Positions 8,555-18,724 are shown, numbered from the stretch's first letter. The stretch: DNA of 64,000 nucleotides from Candidatus Omnitrophota bacterium (GCA_016197155.1 JACPWF010000036.1:931-64930), one strand, 5' to 3'. Notes: generated by a model from the letters alone, not told the origin. Numbers and translations are program-made.

Positions 8555-10397
8555 CGCTGTCAGGACCGCGCGGTTTTTATTGGGTCTTTTGCCCCTCGGC
8601 GCGGCGCTGGCCGCCGGCCGCGGAATTGGAAGCGCCGTTTACTTTTTTTCCAAAAGGCGGCGGATCATCCGTAAAAATCTGAGGGCCGCGTTTGCCGGAG
8701 AAAAATCGCCGCGCGAACTGCGCGCGATCGCGCGCGGCTCCGTGCAAAACCTCGTGATGGCCGCCGTCGAGGTGCTCCGTTTCCCCGAAATGGACGCGCG
8801 TTATCTCGAAGAACACGTGCGGATCACCGGGATCGAAAAATTTGAGAACGCCCTGGCGAAAGGCCGGGGCATCATTTTTCTGACGGGCCATTTCGGGAAC
8901 TGGGAATTGCTGAGCGTCCTCTCGGGCCTGAAAGGGTATCCGCTGGCGGCGCTGGCCCGTTCGCAAAAACACCCGCGGTCGGATGAGTATTTGAACCGTC
9001 TCCGCACGTCCAAAGGGACCCGGGTGATCCGGAAGGGCATGCCGGTGCGCGAGATTTTGCGCGCGCTCGAGGCCGGTCAGATCGTTGGCATGGTGGGCGA
9101 TCAGGATGCCGGGCGCACGGGCACGTTTGTCCGGTTTTTCGGCCGTTTGTCTTCGAGCCCTGCGGGGGCCGCCGCCTTTGCGATGCGGACGGGGGCCGCG
9201 ATCTTCCCGATCTTTGTTTTCAGGGAAAAAAATACCAATCATTGCGTGGAGATCGAGGAGCCGCTCGTTTTGCCGGACGCGTCGGTTCCGCCGGCCGAGG
9301 CCGAGCGCGTGATCCTGCAGCAGTTCGCGGATTTATTGGAAACCAAGATTCGAAAAAGTCCCTCCCAATGGCTTTGGGCGCACCGGCGCTGGAAATCCAC
9401 CCCCGACCGTTTTGTCGCGGTTTTGAGCGACGGCAAGGCCGGTCATTTGAATCAGTCTCTGGCGCTGGCCGAGGCGTTCGCCGCCGAGCGCGCGGCGATG
9501 GGCATCCCGCGCGAAAATACCCGCGTGAAACAGATACGGGTTTTGTATAAAAATAAATTTTTTGAAAATTTGGCCAAGGCCGTCGGGGCCGCGCACCCGT
9601 TTTTACTCACGCCCGAAACGGCGCGCGAAATCGAGCGGACCTACGCGGACCTCGTCATCTCCTGCGGGTCGTCGCTCGCGGGCGTGAACCATTTCATGAA
9701 ACGGCAAAACGCCGCCAAATCCGCGGTGGTGATGAAGCCCGCCGGCCCGCTCGGCCGCTTTGACGCGGTGATCGTGCCGCGGCACGACGGCCTGAACGCG
9801 CGGGAAAATGTGTTTGTGACCTCCGCCGCGCTTTCTTTGAAACCCGCGGGGGGTTCTTTCTCTCTTTCCAAGGATAAAAAACACATCGGCTTTTTGGTGG
9901 GCGGGGATTTGCCGAATGGGATCGCCGAGGCGATGAGCCGTGCCGGCGAAGAAACAGGCGCGCGATTGCTCGTGACCTCGTCACGAAGGACGCCCGCCTG
10001 GGCCGAGGCGCTTTTAAAAAAAACGTTCGGCGACAGGGAACGTTGTCCGGTTCTGGTCATTGCCAACGAATCCAATCCCCCCGGGGCGATGGGAGGGATT
10101 TTGAATCAATCGGACCTTTTTGTCGTCTCCGGCGAATCGGTGTCGATGGTTTCGGAAGCGGCGGCGCTGGGCAGGCCGGTTCTGGTTTTTTTGCCGTCAC
10201 CCCGGATCAAATTGAAACCCAAGATGAGGACCTTTTTAAACCATTTGTCCGAAGAAGGAAAAATTAAAATCGTCACGCCGGAAACTTTGCCGCAGGCGGC
10301 TCTCAGGGCGCTCGATGGCGCTTCGTGGAATGGAAATGCCCGCGGCGTTTCAAAGGACGCGGAAACCGTGAAGCAGGCCGTGAGAAGGATCCTCTGA
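8514..10397 (+). CDS. Two-domain protein: lipid A late acyltransferase (LpxL/HtrB family) fused to an ELM1/DUF1022 (Mito_fiss_Elm1-like) domain
   Basis: N-terminal half has the HX4E acyltransferase motif (HFGNWE) and LpxL-like architecture. C-terminal half (VLSDGKAGHLNQSLALAEAF...) matches the ELM1/DUF1022 family. ATG at 8514 (MMKKISF), giving a 41-nt overlap with lpxK. Confidence 0.72.
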   Translation: MMKKISFEDALILNAVRTARFLLGLLPLGAALAAGRGIGSAVYFFSKRRRIIRKNLRAAFAGEKSPRELRAIARGSVQNLVMAAVEVLRFPEMDARYLEEHVRITGIEKFENALAKGRGIIFLTGHFGNWELLSVLSGLKGYPLAALARSQKHPRSDEYLNRLRTSKGTRVIRKGMPVREILRALEAGQIVGMVGDQDAGRTGTFVRFFGRLSSSPAGAAAFAMRTGAAIFPIFVFREKNTNHCVEIEEPLVLPDASVPPAEAERVILQQFADLLETKIRKSPSQWLWAHRRWKSTPDRFVAVLSDGKAGHLNQSLALAEAFAAERAAMGIPRENTRVKQIRVLYKNKFFENLAKAVGAAHPFLLTPETAREIERTYADLVISCGSSLAGVNHFMKRQNAAKSAVVMKPAGPLGRFDAVIVPRHDGLNARENVFVTSAALSLKPAGGSFSLSKDKKHIGFLVGGDLPNGIAEAMSRAGEETGARLLVTSSRRTPAWAEALLKKTFGDRERCPVLVIANESNPPGAMGGILNQSDLFVVSGESVSMVSEAAALGRPVLVFLPSPRIKLKPKMRTFLNHLSEEGKIKIVTPETLPQAALRALDGASWNGNARGVSKDAETVKQAVRRIL

Positions 10398-12481
10398 TGC
10401 GAATTTTACAAATTTTGCCCGAGCTCAAATCCGGCGGCGTCGAGCGCGGGACCGTGGACCTGGCGAAATATCTCCAGGCCAAAGGCCACAAGGCCTTTGT
10501 GGTCTCGGCGGGCGGCCCGCTTGTGGGCGACCTGACTTCGGCGGGGGTCATTCATTACGCCCTGCCGGTTCAAAAAAAATCCATTTTTGCCGTGATCCAT
10601 TCCGTCCGGGCGCTCACGCGGATCGTCCGCGAGCAGAATATCGACGTCATTCACGCGCGAAGCCGCGTGCCGGCGCTCGTGGCTTTTTTTGCCGGCCGCG
10701 CCACGCAGGTTCCGTTTGTCACGACCTGCCACGGGTTTTACAGCAGGCATTTTGCCAGCCGCGTCATGGGTTGGGGGAAATGCGTCATCGTGGCCAGCCA
10801 CGTGATCGGCAGGCGGATGCGGGACGATTTCGGCGTGCCGCACGGAAAGATCCGGCTCATCCCGCGCGGCGTGAATTTGAATGAATTCAAAATGCGTCCG
10901 GCCCCGCCCGAAACAAAAGACCGTCCGGTCGTGATCGGGCTCATCGGGCGTCTCACCCCAATCAAGGGCCATCCCTTGTTTTTGAAGGCGATGGCGCGCG
11001 TCGTGCGCGTTTTTCCGAACGTCAAAATTCAAATCATCGGCGACGCCCCCAAGCCGCAATATAAGGAAGAGCTTCTCGGTTTGGCCAGGCATCTGGGCCT
11101 GTCGGAGGCCGTGGAGTTTTTGGGCACGCGCTACGATATCCCCGAACTTCTTTCCGGCATGACGATGCTGGTCGTGCCGTCGGTGGGCGAGGAGGCCTTC
11201 GGGCGGGTGGCAATCGAGGCCGGCGCCTGCGGGGTGCCGGTGGTGGCCACGCGCATGGGGGGGCTCATCGATATTCTGGAGGACGAAAAAGACGGGCTTC
11301 TGGTCGGGCCCGATGACCCGCGGGTTTTGGCGGATGCGATCCTGCGTCTCTTGAAAAACCCGGAGCTTGCCGGGCGGCTCGTGGCCTCCTTCCGGCGAAA
11401 AGTGGAGCGGGAGTTTCATCTGGAGCGGATGTTCGAAAAAACCCTCGGGGTTTACGAAGAGGCCGTTTCCAAAAAAAGAATTTTGGTCATTAAAATAAGC
11501 GCGTTGGGCGACGTGATCCTGAGCGTTCCGTCCCTTCGGGCGATCCGGCAAAAATATCCGGACGCCTGGATCGCGGTGCTCGTGGGCCGCAAGTCGCGCA
11601 AGCTCGTGCGCAACTGCCCTTACCTCAACGACACGATCGTCTACGAAGAGAACGGCGGCCGTTACGGGGCCGCTTTTAAAATGGCGAGGCTTCTGGCCGG
11701 GGAGAATTACGACATCGTCGTGGATTTGCAGAATAACCGCCTGAGCCATTTCCTGGCTTTTTTCTGCGGCGCGCCGGTCCGCGCCGGACACCACAATCAC
11801 AAATGGTCGTTTCTCCTGAACCGCAAAGCGAAAGAGGCGGGCCCCGCCCTGCCTCCCATCGAGCATCAGTTCGCGGTTTTGAAACTTCTGGGGATCGACA
11901 CGCTCGATAAAAAACTGGAGCTGTGGACCCAGGCCGAGGAAGAGGAGCGCGTGCGCGCTTTCCTTCGGTCGTCGTGGGTGGCCCCGAGCCAGACGCTGGT
12001 CGGCATCAATCCGGGCTCCTCGCCGCGCTGGCCGACCAAACAATGGCCGGTTGAAAATTTCGCCGAGCTCTGCGATGAACTGGCCAAACGCAACATCCGC
12101 GTGGTGATCACGGGATCCTCGGATGACGCGGGGCTTGCCGAGACCCTGCTCGCCCAAACGCGCAACAAGCCGATCAACGCCGTGGGCAAGACGTCGATCA
12201 CGGAATTGGTTTCCCTCATCAAGCAGTGCCGGGTCTTTATCAGCTCCGATTCGGCGCCCATGCACATCGCCTCGGGCGTGGACGTGCCGCTGGTCGCGAT
12301 CTTCGGGCCCACGGATCCCAGGCGGCACCTCGTGCCGCCCGCGCGGGTCCGGGTTTTTTGGAAGGAGATTCAGTGCAGTCCCTGTTATCTCCGGAGTTGT
12401 CCGATTGGTCTGGTGTGCATGAAAAAAATCGAGACGCGCGAAGTTTTGGACGCGACGCTTCGTTTTTTGGGTGACCGGTGA
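10397..12481 (+). CDS. Two-domain glycosyltransferase: N-terminal GT4 (GT-B, EX7E motif) fused to C-terminal GT9 heptosyltransferase-like domain
   Basis: N-terminal half ...EEAFGRVAIEAGACGVPVVATRMGGLIDILEDEKDGLLV is GT4-like. C-terminal half ILVIKISALGDVILSVPSLRAIRQKYPDAWIAVLVG... is ADP-heptose:LPS heptosyltransferase-like. ATG at 10397 overlaps the preceding stop. Confidence 0.75.
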   Translation: MRILQILPELKSGGVERGTVDLAKYLQAKGHKAFVVSAGGPLVGDLTSAGVIHYALPVQKKSIFAVIHSVRALTRIVREQNIDVIHARSRVPALVAFFAGRATQVPFVTTCHGFYSRHFASRVMGWGKCVIVASHVIGRRMRDDFGVPHGKIRLIPRGVNLNEFKMRPAPPETKDRPVVIGLIGRLTPIKGHPLFLKAMARVVRVFPNVKIQIIGDAPKPQYKEELLGLARHLGLSEAVEFLGTRYDIPELLSGMTMLVVPSVGEEAFGRVAIEAGACGVPVVATRMGGLIDILEDEKDGLLVGPDDPRVLADAILRLLKNPELAGRLVASFRRKVEREFHLERMFEKTLGVYEEAVSKKRILVIKISALGDVILSVPSLRAIRQKYPDAWIAVLVGRKSRKLVRNCPYLNDTIVYEENGGRYGAAFKMARLLAGENYDIVVDLQNNRLSHFLAFFCGAPVRAGHHNHKWSFLLNRKAKEAGPALPPIEHQFAVLKLLGIDTLDKKLELWTQAEEEERVRAFLRSSWVAPSQTLVGINPGSSPRWPTKQWPVENFAELCDELAKRNIRVVITGSSDDAGLAETLLAQTRNKPINAVGKTSITELVSLIKQCRVFISSDSAPMHIASGVDVPLVAIFGPTDPRRHLVPPARVRVFWKEIQCSPCYLRSCPIGLVCMKKIETREVLDATLRFLGDR

Positions 12482-13242
12482 AAATCCCGCGGAAAAGAAT
12501 CATCACTCTCGCGGCCGCGCTTCTTTTTATTTTTGTCCTTCTCCCGATGGGCGCGGAGACACCGGTACTCATGTACCATCACGTGAGCGAAACCGCGGCC
12601 GAGCAAGGTTTAAACGTCGACCCGCAGGCCTTTAGCAGGCAAATGGAATTTCTCAAAGTCCACGGCTATCGCGTGGTGCCGCTCGGGGAACTTTTGAATG
12701 GAATCAAAGCCGGCAAACATTTTCCCGCCCGGACCGTGGCGATCACATTCGACGACGGCAACGTCGACAATTTCGAGAACGCCTTTCCCATTTTGAAAAA
12801 AATGAATTTCCCAGCCGCCATTTTCATGATCACCGACGACATCGGCAAATCGGGCCGGCTCTCCGAGGAGGACCTGAAAATCCTGGACTCTTCCGGGATC
12901 GAGATCGGCAGTCACACGGCGCATCACGCCTTTTTGCCCAATTGCGGTTTGGAGGAGGCCCGGGCCGAACTGCGCGATTCCAAATCGCGCCTCGAGACCC
13001 TCCTCGGACACCCCGTGACCCTTTTCAGTTATCCGGCGGGAGGGGTGACGCAGTCCGTCCGCGGGCTCGTGGAACAGGAAGGCTACGCCGGCGCCGTGAC
13101 GACCAATTACGGCAGAAAACGGCGCGACCCCTACGCCCTGCACCGCATCAAGATCACCGCCTCCGACGCGAACCTTTTCCGTTTTTGGGCGAAGACGAGC
13201 GGTTTTTATTTATGGGGCAAGCGGCGCGTGGAGATTGTTTAA
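12478..13242 (+). CDS. Polysaccharide deacetylase (CE4 / NodB homology domain)
   Basis: VAITFDDGNVDNFENAFPILKK...GSHTAHH, with an N-terminal transmembrane segment. Confidence 0.8.
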   Translation: MKIPRKRIITLAAALLFIFVLLPMGAETPVLMYHHVSETAAEQGLNVDPQAFSRQMEFLKVHGYRVVPLGELLNGIKAGKHFPARTVAITFDDGNVDNFENAFPILKKMNFPAAIFMITDDIGKSGRLSEEDLKILDSSGIEIGSHTAHHAFLPNCGLEEARAELRDSKSRLETLLGHPVTLFSYPAGGVTQSVRGLVEQEGYAGAVTTNYGRKRRDPYALHRIKITASDANLFRFWAKTSGFYLWGKRRVEIV

Positions 13243-14275
13243 AATGAATGGAAACCCTCCGAAAAGAATTTTGATCGTGAATCAGAACTGGATGGGGGAT
13301 GTCCTTTTTTCGACGCCGGCCCTCCGCGCGGTCCGGAAAAAATTTCCGGAAAGTTTTATCGCGTGCCTGGTGCCTCCGCGCTGTGAAGCGGTCCTGCGCA
13401 ACAACCCTCACCTGAACGAAGTGATGCTTGCCGACGACCGCGCGCCTTTTCTTTCGCTCTGGGCGACGGCCCGCATCGTGGGGGCGATCCGGAAAAGACA
13501 TTTTGACAAGGCGATTTTTTTTCACCGTTCCAAAACAAAAGTTTTATGGACGCTCTTGGCCGGCGTGCCGGAGAGGACGGGCTACGCCGGATCCGCTCTC
13601 CGCTCGCGGTGGCTCACGCGCGCCGTGGCCCGGCCCGAAAAGCCCCCGCACAAAGTGGATTATTTTTTGAATCTCATCGGGCGGGACGGGATCGCGCCCG
13701 ACGGCCGGACGCTCGATTTTTATCCCGATCCCGCGGCGGAGGCGCGCCTGCGGATGCTCTTAAAGGAAGAGGGGGTCGACCCCGATTCGCCGTACGCGGT
13801 CCTGCACGCGGGAGGGAATTGGGAACTGAAACGCTGGCCGGTCGCGTCGTTTGTCCGTTGGATCGGGCTTTTTTTGAAAGAATTTCCGTGGCCCGTGATC
13901 CTGTGCGGCACCTCCGCCGAAGAAAAAATTTCAAACGCGATCCGGTCCCCCTTTCCGCCCGGGCGCGTGGTCTCGCTTTCCGGGAAAACGTCTGTCGACA
14001 CGCTCGCCCTTCTTTTAAAAAACGCGCGCGTGGTCCTCTCCAATGATTCGGGCCCGATCCATCTGGCGGCCAGCCAAAACGCCAGAATCGTGGGCCTTTT
14101 TGGGCCGACGGACCCCGCGCTCACGGGACCGGTGACTTCCGCGCCGGCCGTTATTTTGAGAAAAGACGTGGGCTGTGAATTGCCCTGCACTTTCCGCGCC
14201 TGCGATCACCGGGTCTGCATGGATTGGATCACGCCGGAGGAAGTGTTTGAAAGGACAAAAGAACTTTTAAAATGA
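13235..14275 (+). CDS. GT9 heptosyltransferase (ADP-heptose:LPS heptosyltransferase family)
   Basis: RILIVNQNWMGDVLFSTPALRAVRKKFP... with the C-terminal GT9 donor-binding region. Sits in LPS core gene context. Confidence 0.8.
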   Translation: MFKMNGNPPKRILIVNQNWMGDVLFSTPALRAVRKKFPESFIACLVPPRCEAVLRNNPHLNEVMLADDRAPFLSLWATARIVGAIRKRHFDKAIFFHRSKTKVLWTLLAGVPERTGYAGSALRSRWLTRAVARPEKPPHKVDYFLNLIGRDGIAPDGRTLDFYPDPAAEARLRMLLKEEGVDPDSPYAVLHAGGNWELKRWPVASFVRWIGLFLKEFPWPVILCGTSAEEKISNAIRSPFPPGRVVSLSGKTSVDTLALLLKNARVVLSNDSGPIHLAASQNARIVGLFGPTDPALTGPVTSAPAVILRKDVGCELPCTFRACDHRVCMDWITPEEVFERTKELLK

Positions 14276-16221
14276 AAATTCTTGTCGTCACCCTCTCCAA
14301 TCCGGGTGACGTGATCCTGACCCTGCCCGTTTTTCAGTCGCTGGCCCTGGCCTTTCCGGGCGCCGAGCTCCACGTGGTCACGGGCGAGGCCGGGCGCGTC
14401 GTGTTTGAAGCGGACCCCCGCATCCGAAGCCTCAGGGTTTACCAAAAAAAATCGAGCCTCTCCGAAAAATGGGGTCTCCTCAAAACCATCCGGGCCGAGC
14501 GTTTTGACCTCATCGTGGACTTGAGAAAATCGCTGATCGGCCTTTTGGGCGGCGCGCGTCTTCGAAACCGCTACCCCGATTTTTCGAAGAGAACGCTCCA
14601 TCGCGCCGAGCGGCATTTGAAAGTGTTGGGCGGCATTTGCCAAATCGCTCCGGGGGACCCCGGTTTTTTGAAAACTTCCGGGGGCTTGCCCTCCGAAGCT
14701 TCAGCGAAGGAGGGGCGGCTTCTCGTGGTCGCGGCGGTGGGCTCAAAGAGCGACATTAAAAAGTGGCCCGCCGAATATTACGCCGAGCTTTTGGATCGCC
14801 TGGCGATCGAAGACGGCTGTCGCGTGGTTCTCGTCGGGGATCAGAATGACCGCGCCGACGCGGAAAAAGTAAAACGCCTGATGAAAACCGAGCCGCTCGA
14901 TCTCTGCGGCCGGACGACGTTTGAAGAATTGAAAAACCTCATCGCGGGCGCCGCGCTCGTCGTCACCAACGACAGCGCCCCTCTCCACATCGCCGACGCG
15001 CTCGGCGTGCCGGTGCTCGCGATTTTCGGCCCGACGGATCCCCGGAAATACGGCCCGCGGCGGGGCACGAGCCTGGCCCTTCGCAAAGAGATTTTCTGCG
15101 CGCCCTGCGAAAAGGCCCAGTGCCGCTACGCGCACGAGTGCATGAGGGAGCTCGGGCCTCTCGAAGCGCACGCAAACGCCGCGCGGATCCTGGGCGGCGA
15201 ATCTCCGGCCGGGGATCTAAAAATTCTCGTGATTCGTCTCGACCGGATAGGGGATGTTGTCTTGTCCCTTCCGGCGATCGAAGCCATCCGCAACCGTTTT
15301 CCCCGCGCGTGGTTGTCCGTCATGACTCGGCCGTACACGCAAACGCTTTTTGAGGGGCACCCGCTCGTCGATGAGGTGATCCCTTATTTCTACGAAAAAA
15401 AGGGACGGCACGGCGGAATGCTCGGCGCTTTTCGTTTTGTGCGCGAAATCGCCCGGCGCCGTTTTGACATTGTTTTCATTCTGCATCCGGGCGCGCGCTC
15501 GCATCTTTTGCCGTATCTTGCCGGCATCCCTTACCGCGTGGGGTTTGGATCCTGCCTGCCGTTTTTACTCACGCACCGCGCGCCGGATCACCGCGCCGAG
15601 GGCCGCCGGCACGAAAGCCAGTACGCGCTCGACGTGGTCCGCGCGTTTGGGGTCGATCCCGATTTCAGTCCGGGCGCGGGCATCCCGGTCGGCGCGTACG
15701 ACGAGTCGGGTCTTTCTTTTCAGAAGCCGCTCGCGGCCATTCACCCGGGCGCCAGCTGTGTTTCCAAACGCTGGCCGAAAGAACGCTTCGCGCTTTTGGC
15801 GAAAAAATTAGAGGAGGAGCTCGGTTATCAGGTCGCCGTGGTCGGCGGCGAAGAGGAGACGGAACTGGGCCGCTACCTCCAATCGGCCGCCGATGGCCGT
15901 CTCGTGGATCTGACCGGGCGGCTCACTTTAAGACAACTCGCCGCATTTTTGAAACACTGCCGGATCCTCGTGTCGAGCGACTCCGGCCCCGTCCACGTGG
16001 CCGCCGCGGTCGGGACGCCGGTGGTGAGTATTTTTGGCCGGAACAAGGCGGGCCTGAGCCCGGCCCGTTGGAGGCCGCTCGGCGAGGGGCACGCCGTCAT
16101 TCAGGAAGATGCCGGTTGCGTCGTTTGCCTGGCCCACCGGTGCCCGATTGATTTTGAATGCCTGAAAGCGGTGTCCGTCGAGAATGTTTTCGCGCGCGCG
16201 GCGGAGATTTTGAAATCGTGA
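14272..16221 (+). CDS. Tandem (duplicated) GT9 heptosyltransferase domains in one 649-aa polypeptide
   Basis: Two GT9 N-terminal signatures (MKILVVTLSNPGDVILTLPVF... and LKILVIRLDRIGDVVLSLPAIEAIRNRFP...), each followed by a GT9 C-terminal half. Contains the 26-nt repeat in-frame at 14689-14714. Confidence 0.75.
   Translation: MKILVVTLSNPGDVILTLPVFQSLALAFPGAELHVVTGEAGRVVFEADPRIRSLRVYQKKSSLSEKWGLLKTIRAERFDLIVDLRKSLIGLLGGARLRNRYPDFSKRTLHRAERHLKVLGGICQIAPGDPGFLKTSGGLPSEASAKEGRLLVVAAVGSKSDIKKWPAEYYAELLDRLAIEDGCRVVLVGDQNDRADAEKVKRLMKTEPLDLCGRTTFEELKNLIAGAALVVTNDSAPLHIADALGVPVLAIFGPTDPRKYGPRRGTSLALRKEIFCAPCEKAQCRYAHECMRELGPLEAHANAARILGGESPAGDLKILVIRLDRIGDVVLSLPAIEAIRNRFPRAWLSVMTRPYTQTLFEGHPLVDEVIPYFYEKKGRHGGMLGAFRFVREIARRRFDIVFILHPGARSHLLPYLAGIPYRVGFGSCLPFLLTHRAPDHRAEGRRHESQYALDVVRAFGVDPDFSPGAGIPVGAYDESGLSFQKPLAAIHPGASCVSKRWPKERFALLAKKLEEELGYQVAVVGGEEETELGRYLQSAADGRLVDLTGRLTLRQLAAFLKHCRILVSSDSGPVHVAAAVGTPVVSIFGRNKAGLSPARWRPLGEGHAVIQEDAGCVVCLAHRCPIDFECLKAVSVENVFARAAEILKS
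14689..14714. repeat. 26-nt exact repeat, copy 2 (CCCTCCGAAGCTTCAGCGAAGGAGGG), in-frame inside the tandem GT9 gene
   Basis: Identical to 5358-5383. Encodes the same peptide PSEASAKEG, in the inter-domain linker of the first GT9 module. Confidence 0.6.
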
Positions 16222-16955
16222 GAGCCTTTTTATTTTTATTCTTATTGATTCTAAAAAGTGCGGCGGCATTTTCGGCGGAGGAGAATTGTCCGGCGCTCAA
16301 AGTGGGGGAGCGTCTCGAGTTCGGCGTGTCGTGGATGGGGATCCCCGTGGGGACCGGGACGCTCGAGGTGAAGGAAAAAATCGAGGTTCGCGGCCGGCCG
16401 GCGATTCATTTGGTCGCCACCGCGCGCACGAACGATTTTTTGTCCAAAATTTATCCCGTGTCCGACGAGATCCACAGCTTCGTCGACGCCGAGAAATGGC
16501 GGTCTCTCGAATTCCGGAAAAAATTGAAAGAAGGCCGCTACCGCGCGGACGAGCGGATCGTTTTCGATTACGAAAAGCGGAAAGGTTTCTACGAATCTTT
16601 TTTGAACGGGGGTAAAAAGGAGATGGACATCCCCGCATCCGTGCAGGACCTTTTGAGCGCGTTCTACGCGTTTAGAATGAAACCCGTGAAAACCGGCGAC
16701 CGCGTGCACATGGAGGTGAATAGCGAGGAAAAAAATTGGGACCTCGAGCTCGATGTCCTGAGCCGCGAGGTCAAAGAGCTTCGCGGCGGGCGCGTGATGG
16801 AGACGTTCAAAGTCGAGCCCCGCACCCGCTTAAAGGGGGCGCTTCAGGCCCGCGGCCGCGCCTGGGTTTATTTCACCGCGGACGAAAAAAAGCTTCCGGT
16901 GTGGGTCACCCTCCAAACCCCGTTCGGACCCATCGTCGGCGTGCTTGCGGATTGA
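16218..16955 (+). CDS. Secreted hypothetical protein (possibly DUF3108-like), encoded in the LPS gene cluster
   Basis: GTG at 16218 overlaps the preceding TGA. Signal-peptide-like N-terminus (RAFLFLFLLILKSAAAFSA). No catalytic motif recognised; the family assignment is tentative. Confidence 0.5.
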   Translation: MRAFLFLFLLILKSAAAFSAEENCPALKVGERLEFGVSWMGIPVGTGTLEVKEKIEVRGRPAIHLVATARTNDFLSKIYPVSDEIHSFVDAEKWRSLEFRKKLKEGRYRADERIVFDYEKRKGFYESFLNGGKKEMDIPASVQDLLSAFYAFRMKPVKTGDRVHMEVNSEEKNWDLELDVLSREVKELRGGRVMETFKVEPRTRLKGALQARGRAWVYFTADEKKLPVWVTLQTPFGPIVGVLAD

Positions 16956-16984
16956 CACTCCCGAATGGGGAGTGTTAAAATCCT

Positions 16985-17986
16985 TTGATGAAATTCCTCA
17001 ACTTTGCCCGTCTCAAGAGCGTCGTTTCCCGTTTCAGTCAAGCCAAGGTCCTCGTCGTCGGGGATCTCATTTTGGATGAATTCATCTGGGGAAAGGTTTC
17101 GCGCATTTCACCCGAGGCGCCGGTGCCGGTGGTGTGGGTCGATTCGGAAAATTTCATGCCCGGCGGCGCTTCGAACGTCGCCAACAACATCCGCTCCCTC
17201 GGCGGGGAGGTGTTTCTGGCGGGGGTGGTCGGGGACGACACGCGCGGCCAGGCCCTGCGGGATCTTTTGAAACAAAAAGGGGTCAACTGCGACGGCGTTT
17301 TTGTGGATAAAAAAAGGCCCACGACGCAAAAAACGCGCGTGATCGCCCACCATCAGCAGGTGGTGCGCATCGACCGCGAGGAATTGGAGCCGGTTTCGGA
17401 CGAGGCGCTCGACCACATCCTGGGTTTCATCCGCGGCAAAATGAAGGAAATCGACGCGCTCATCATCGAGGATTACGGGAAAGGGGTGGTCGTGCCGCGC
17501 CTGGTGCGGGAAATCGTGAGGCTCGCCAAGGCGCATAAAAAAGTGATCACGGTGGATCCCAAAGAGACGCACTTTTCTTATTACAAAGGGGTCACCACGA
17601 TCACGCCGAATCATCACGAGGCGGCCTCCGCGGTGGGGTTCGCGATCCAGGATGATTTCACGCTCGAAAAAGCGGGGAAAAAATTATTGGATAAATTGAA
17701 AGCCGAGACGGTGCTCATCACGCTCGGAGAAAACGGGATGTGCCTTTTCCGGCAGGGCAAGGCCCCGGAAAAAATTCCCACGGTCGCCCAGGAAGTGTTT
17801 GACGTTTCCGGCGCCGGCGACACCGTGATCGGCGCGTACACGCTCGCGCGCGCCTCGAAGGCCAGCCCGCCCGAAGCCGCGCACATTTCCAACTGCGCGG
17901 CCGGCATCGTGGTGGGCAAGGTGGGTGTCGCGGTCACGACACAGGAAGAGCTTCTCAAACGCATTAAAAAAGAGGTGAAAGGCTAG
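16985..17986 (+). CDS. D-glycero-beta-D-manno-heptose 7-phosphate kinase (RfaE/HldE domain I only; pfkB family)
   Basis: 333 aa. VLVVGDLILDEFIWGKVSRISPEAPVPVV... is the ribokinase-like fold of HldE domain I. No adenylyltransferase domain is fused. Confidence 0.8.
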   Translation: MMKFLNFARLKSVVSRFSQAKVLVVGDLILDEFIWGKVSRISPEAPVPVVWVDSENFMPGGASNVANNIRSLGGEVFLAGVVGDDTRGQALRDLLKQKGVNCDGVFVDKKRPTTQKTRVIAHHQQVVRIDREELEPVSDEALDHILGFIRGKMKEIDALIIEDYGKGVVVPRLVREIVRLAKAHKKVITVDPKETHFSYYKGVTTITPNHHEAASAVGFAIQDDFTLEKAGKKLLDKLKAETVLITLGENGMCLFRQGKAPEKIPTVAQEVFDVSGAGDTVIGAYTLARASKASPPEAAHISNCAAGIVVGKVGVAVTTQEELLKRIKKEVKG

Positions 17987-18724
17987 TGGAAGCCATCGGC
18001 ATCATTCCCGCGCGCTACGGCGCCACGCGTTTTGAGGGAAAACTGTTGAAAGACCTGTGCGGAAAACCGGTGATCCAGCACGTGTACGAGCGCGCCCGAA
18101 AAGCGAAACTTTTGGATGACCTGGTGATCGCCGCGGACGACGACCGCATCCTCAAGGCCGTCGAGGCGTTCGGGGGCAAGGCGGTGTTCACCTCCAAATC
18201 CCACAGCACGGGAACCGACCGCCTGACCGAGGTCGCCAACGAAATGGACGTCCGCGTGATCGTGAACATCCAGGGCGACGAGCCGCTCATCCACCCCATG
18301 GTCATCGATGACCTCGTGCGCGCGATGCAGAACGACCCCGAGGCCGTGATGGCGACCGTGGTGAAAAAAAGTTATTCGGAGGAGGAATTCAAAAGCCGGA
18401 ACGTCGTCAAGGTGATCATCGACCAGAACGCCAAGCGCGCGCTTTATTTTTCGCGGATGCCGATCCCCACGTATTTGAAGCCCGCCCCGAACGAGGCGTT
18501 TTTTTACAAGCACATCGGGATCTACGCGTACCAAAAAGATTTTTTATTCACATTCAAAAAACTGCCGAAATCGACGCTTGAGATCCACGAGAGATTGGAA
18601 CAGCTCCGGGCGATCGAGCAGGGATACAAGATCAAAGTGATCGAGACAAAGTTTGAAACGGTCGGCATTGACACGCCGGAGGACCTGGCGATGGCGCAGT
18701 CTCTGCTCGAAAAGGAAGCGGCCC

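Noticed and set aside
10406-12328. 640-aa ORF on the minus strand (and similar long antisense ORFs at 18632-20326, 31972-33072, 37808-38980, 44053-45492, 29153-30601)
   Set aside because: All lie antisense to strongly conserved + strand genes (the GT4-GT9 fusion, pyrG, dxr, infB, DAHP synthase, purA). Their translations are low-complexity and Arg/Pro/Gly-rich, typical of spurious reverse-frame ORFs in high-GC DNA, with no recognisable domains.
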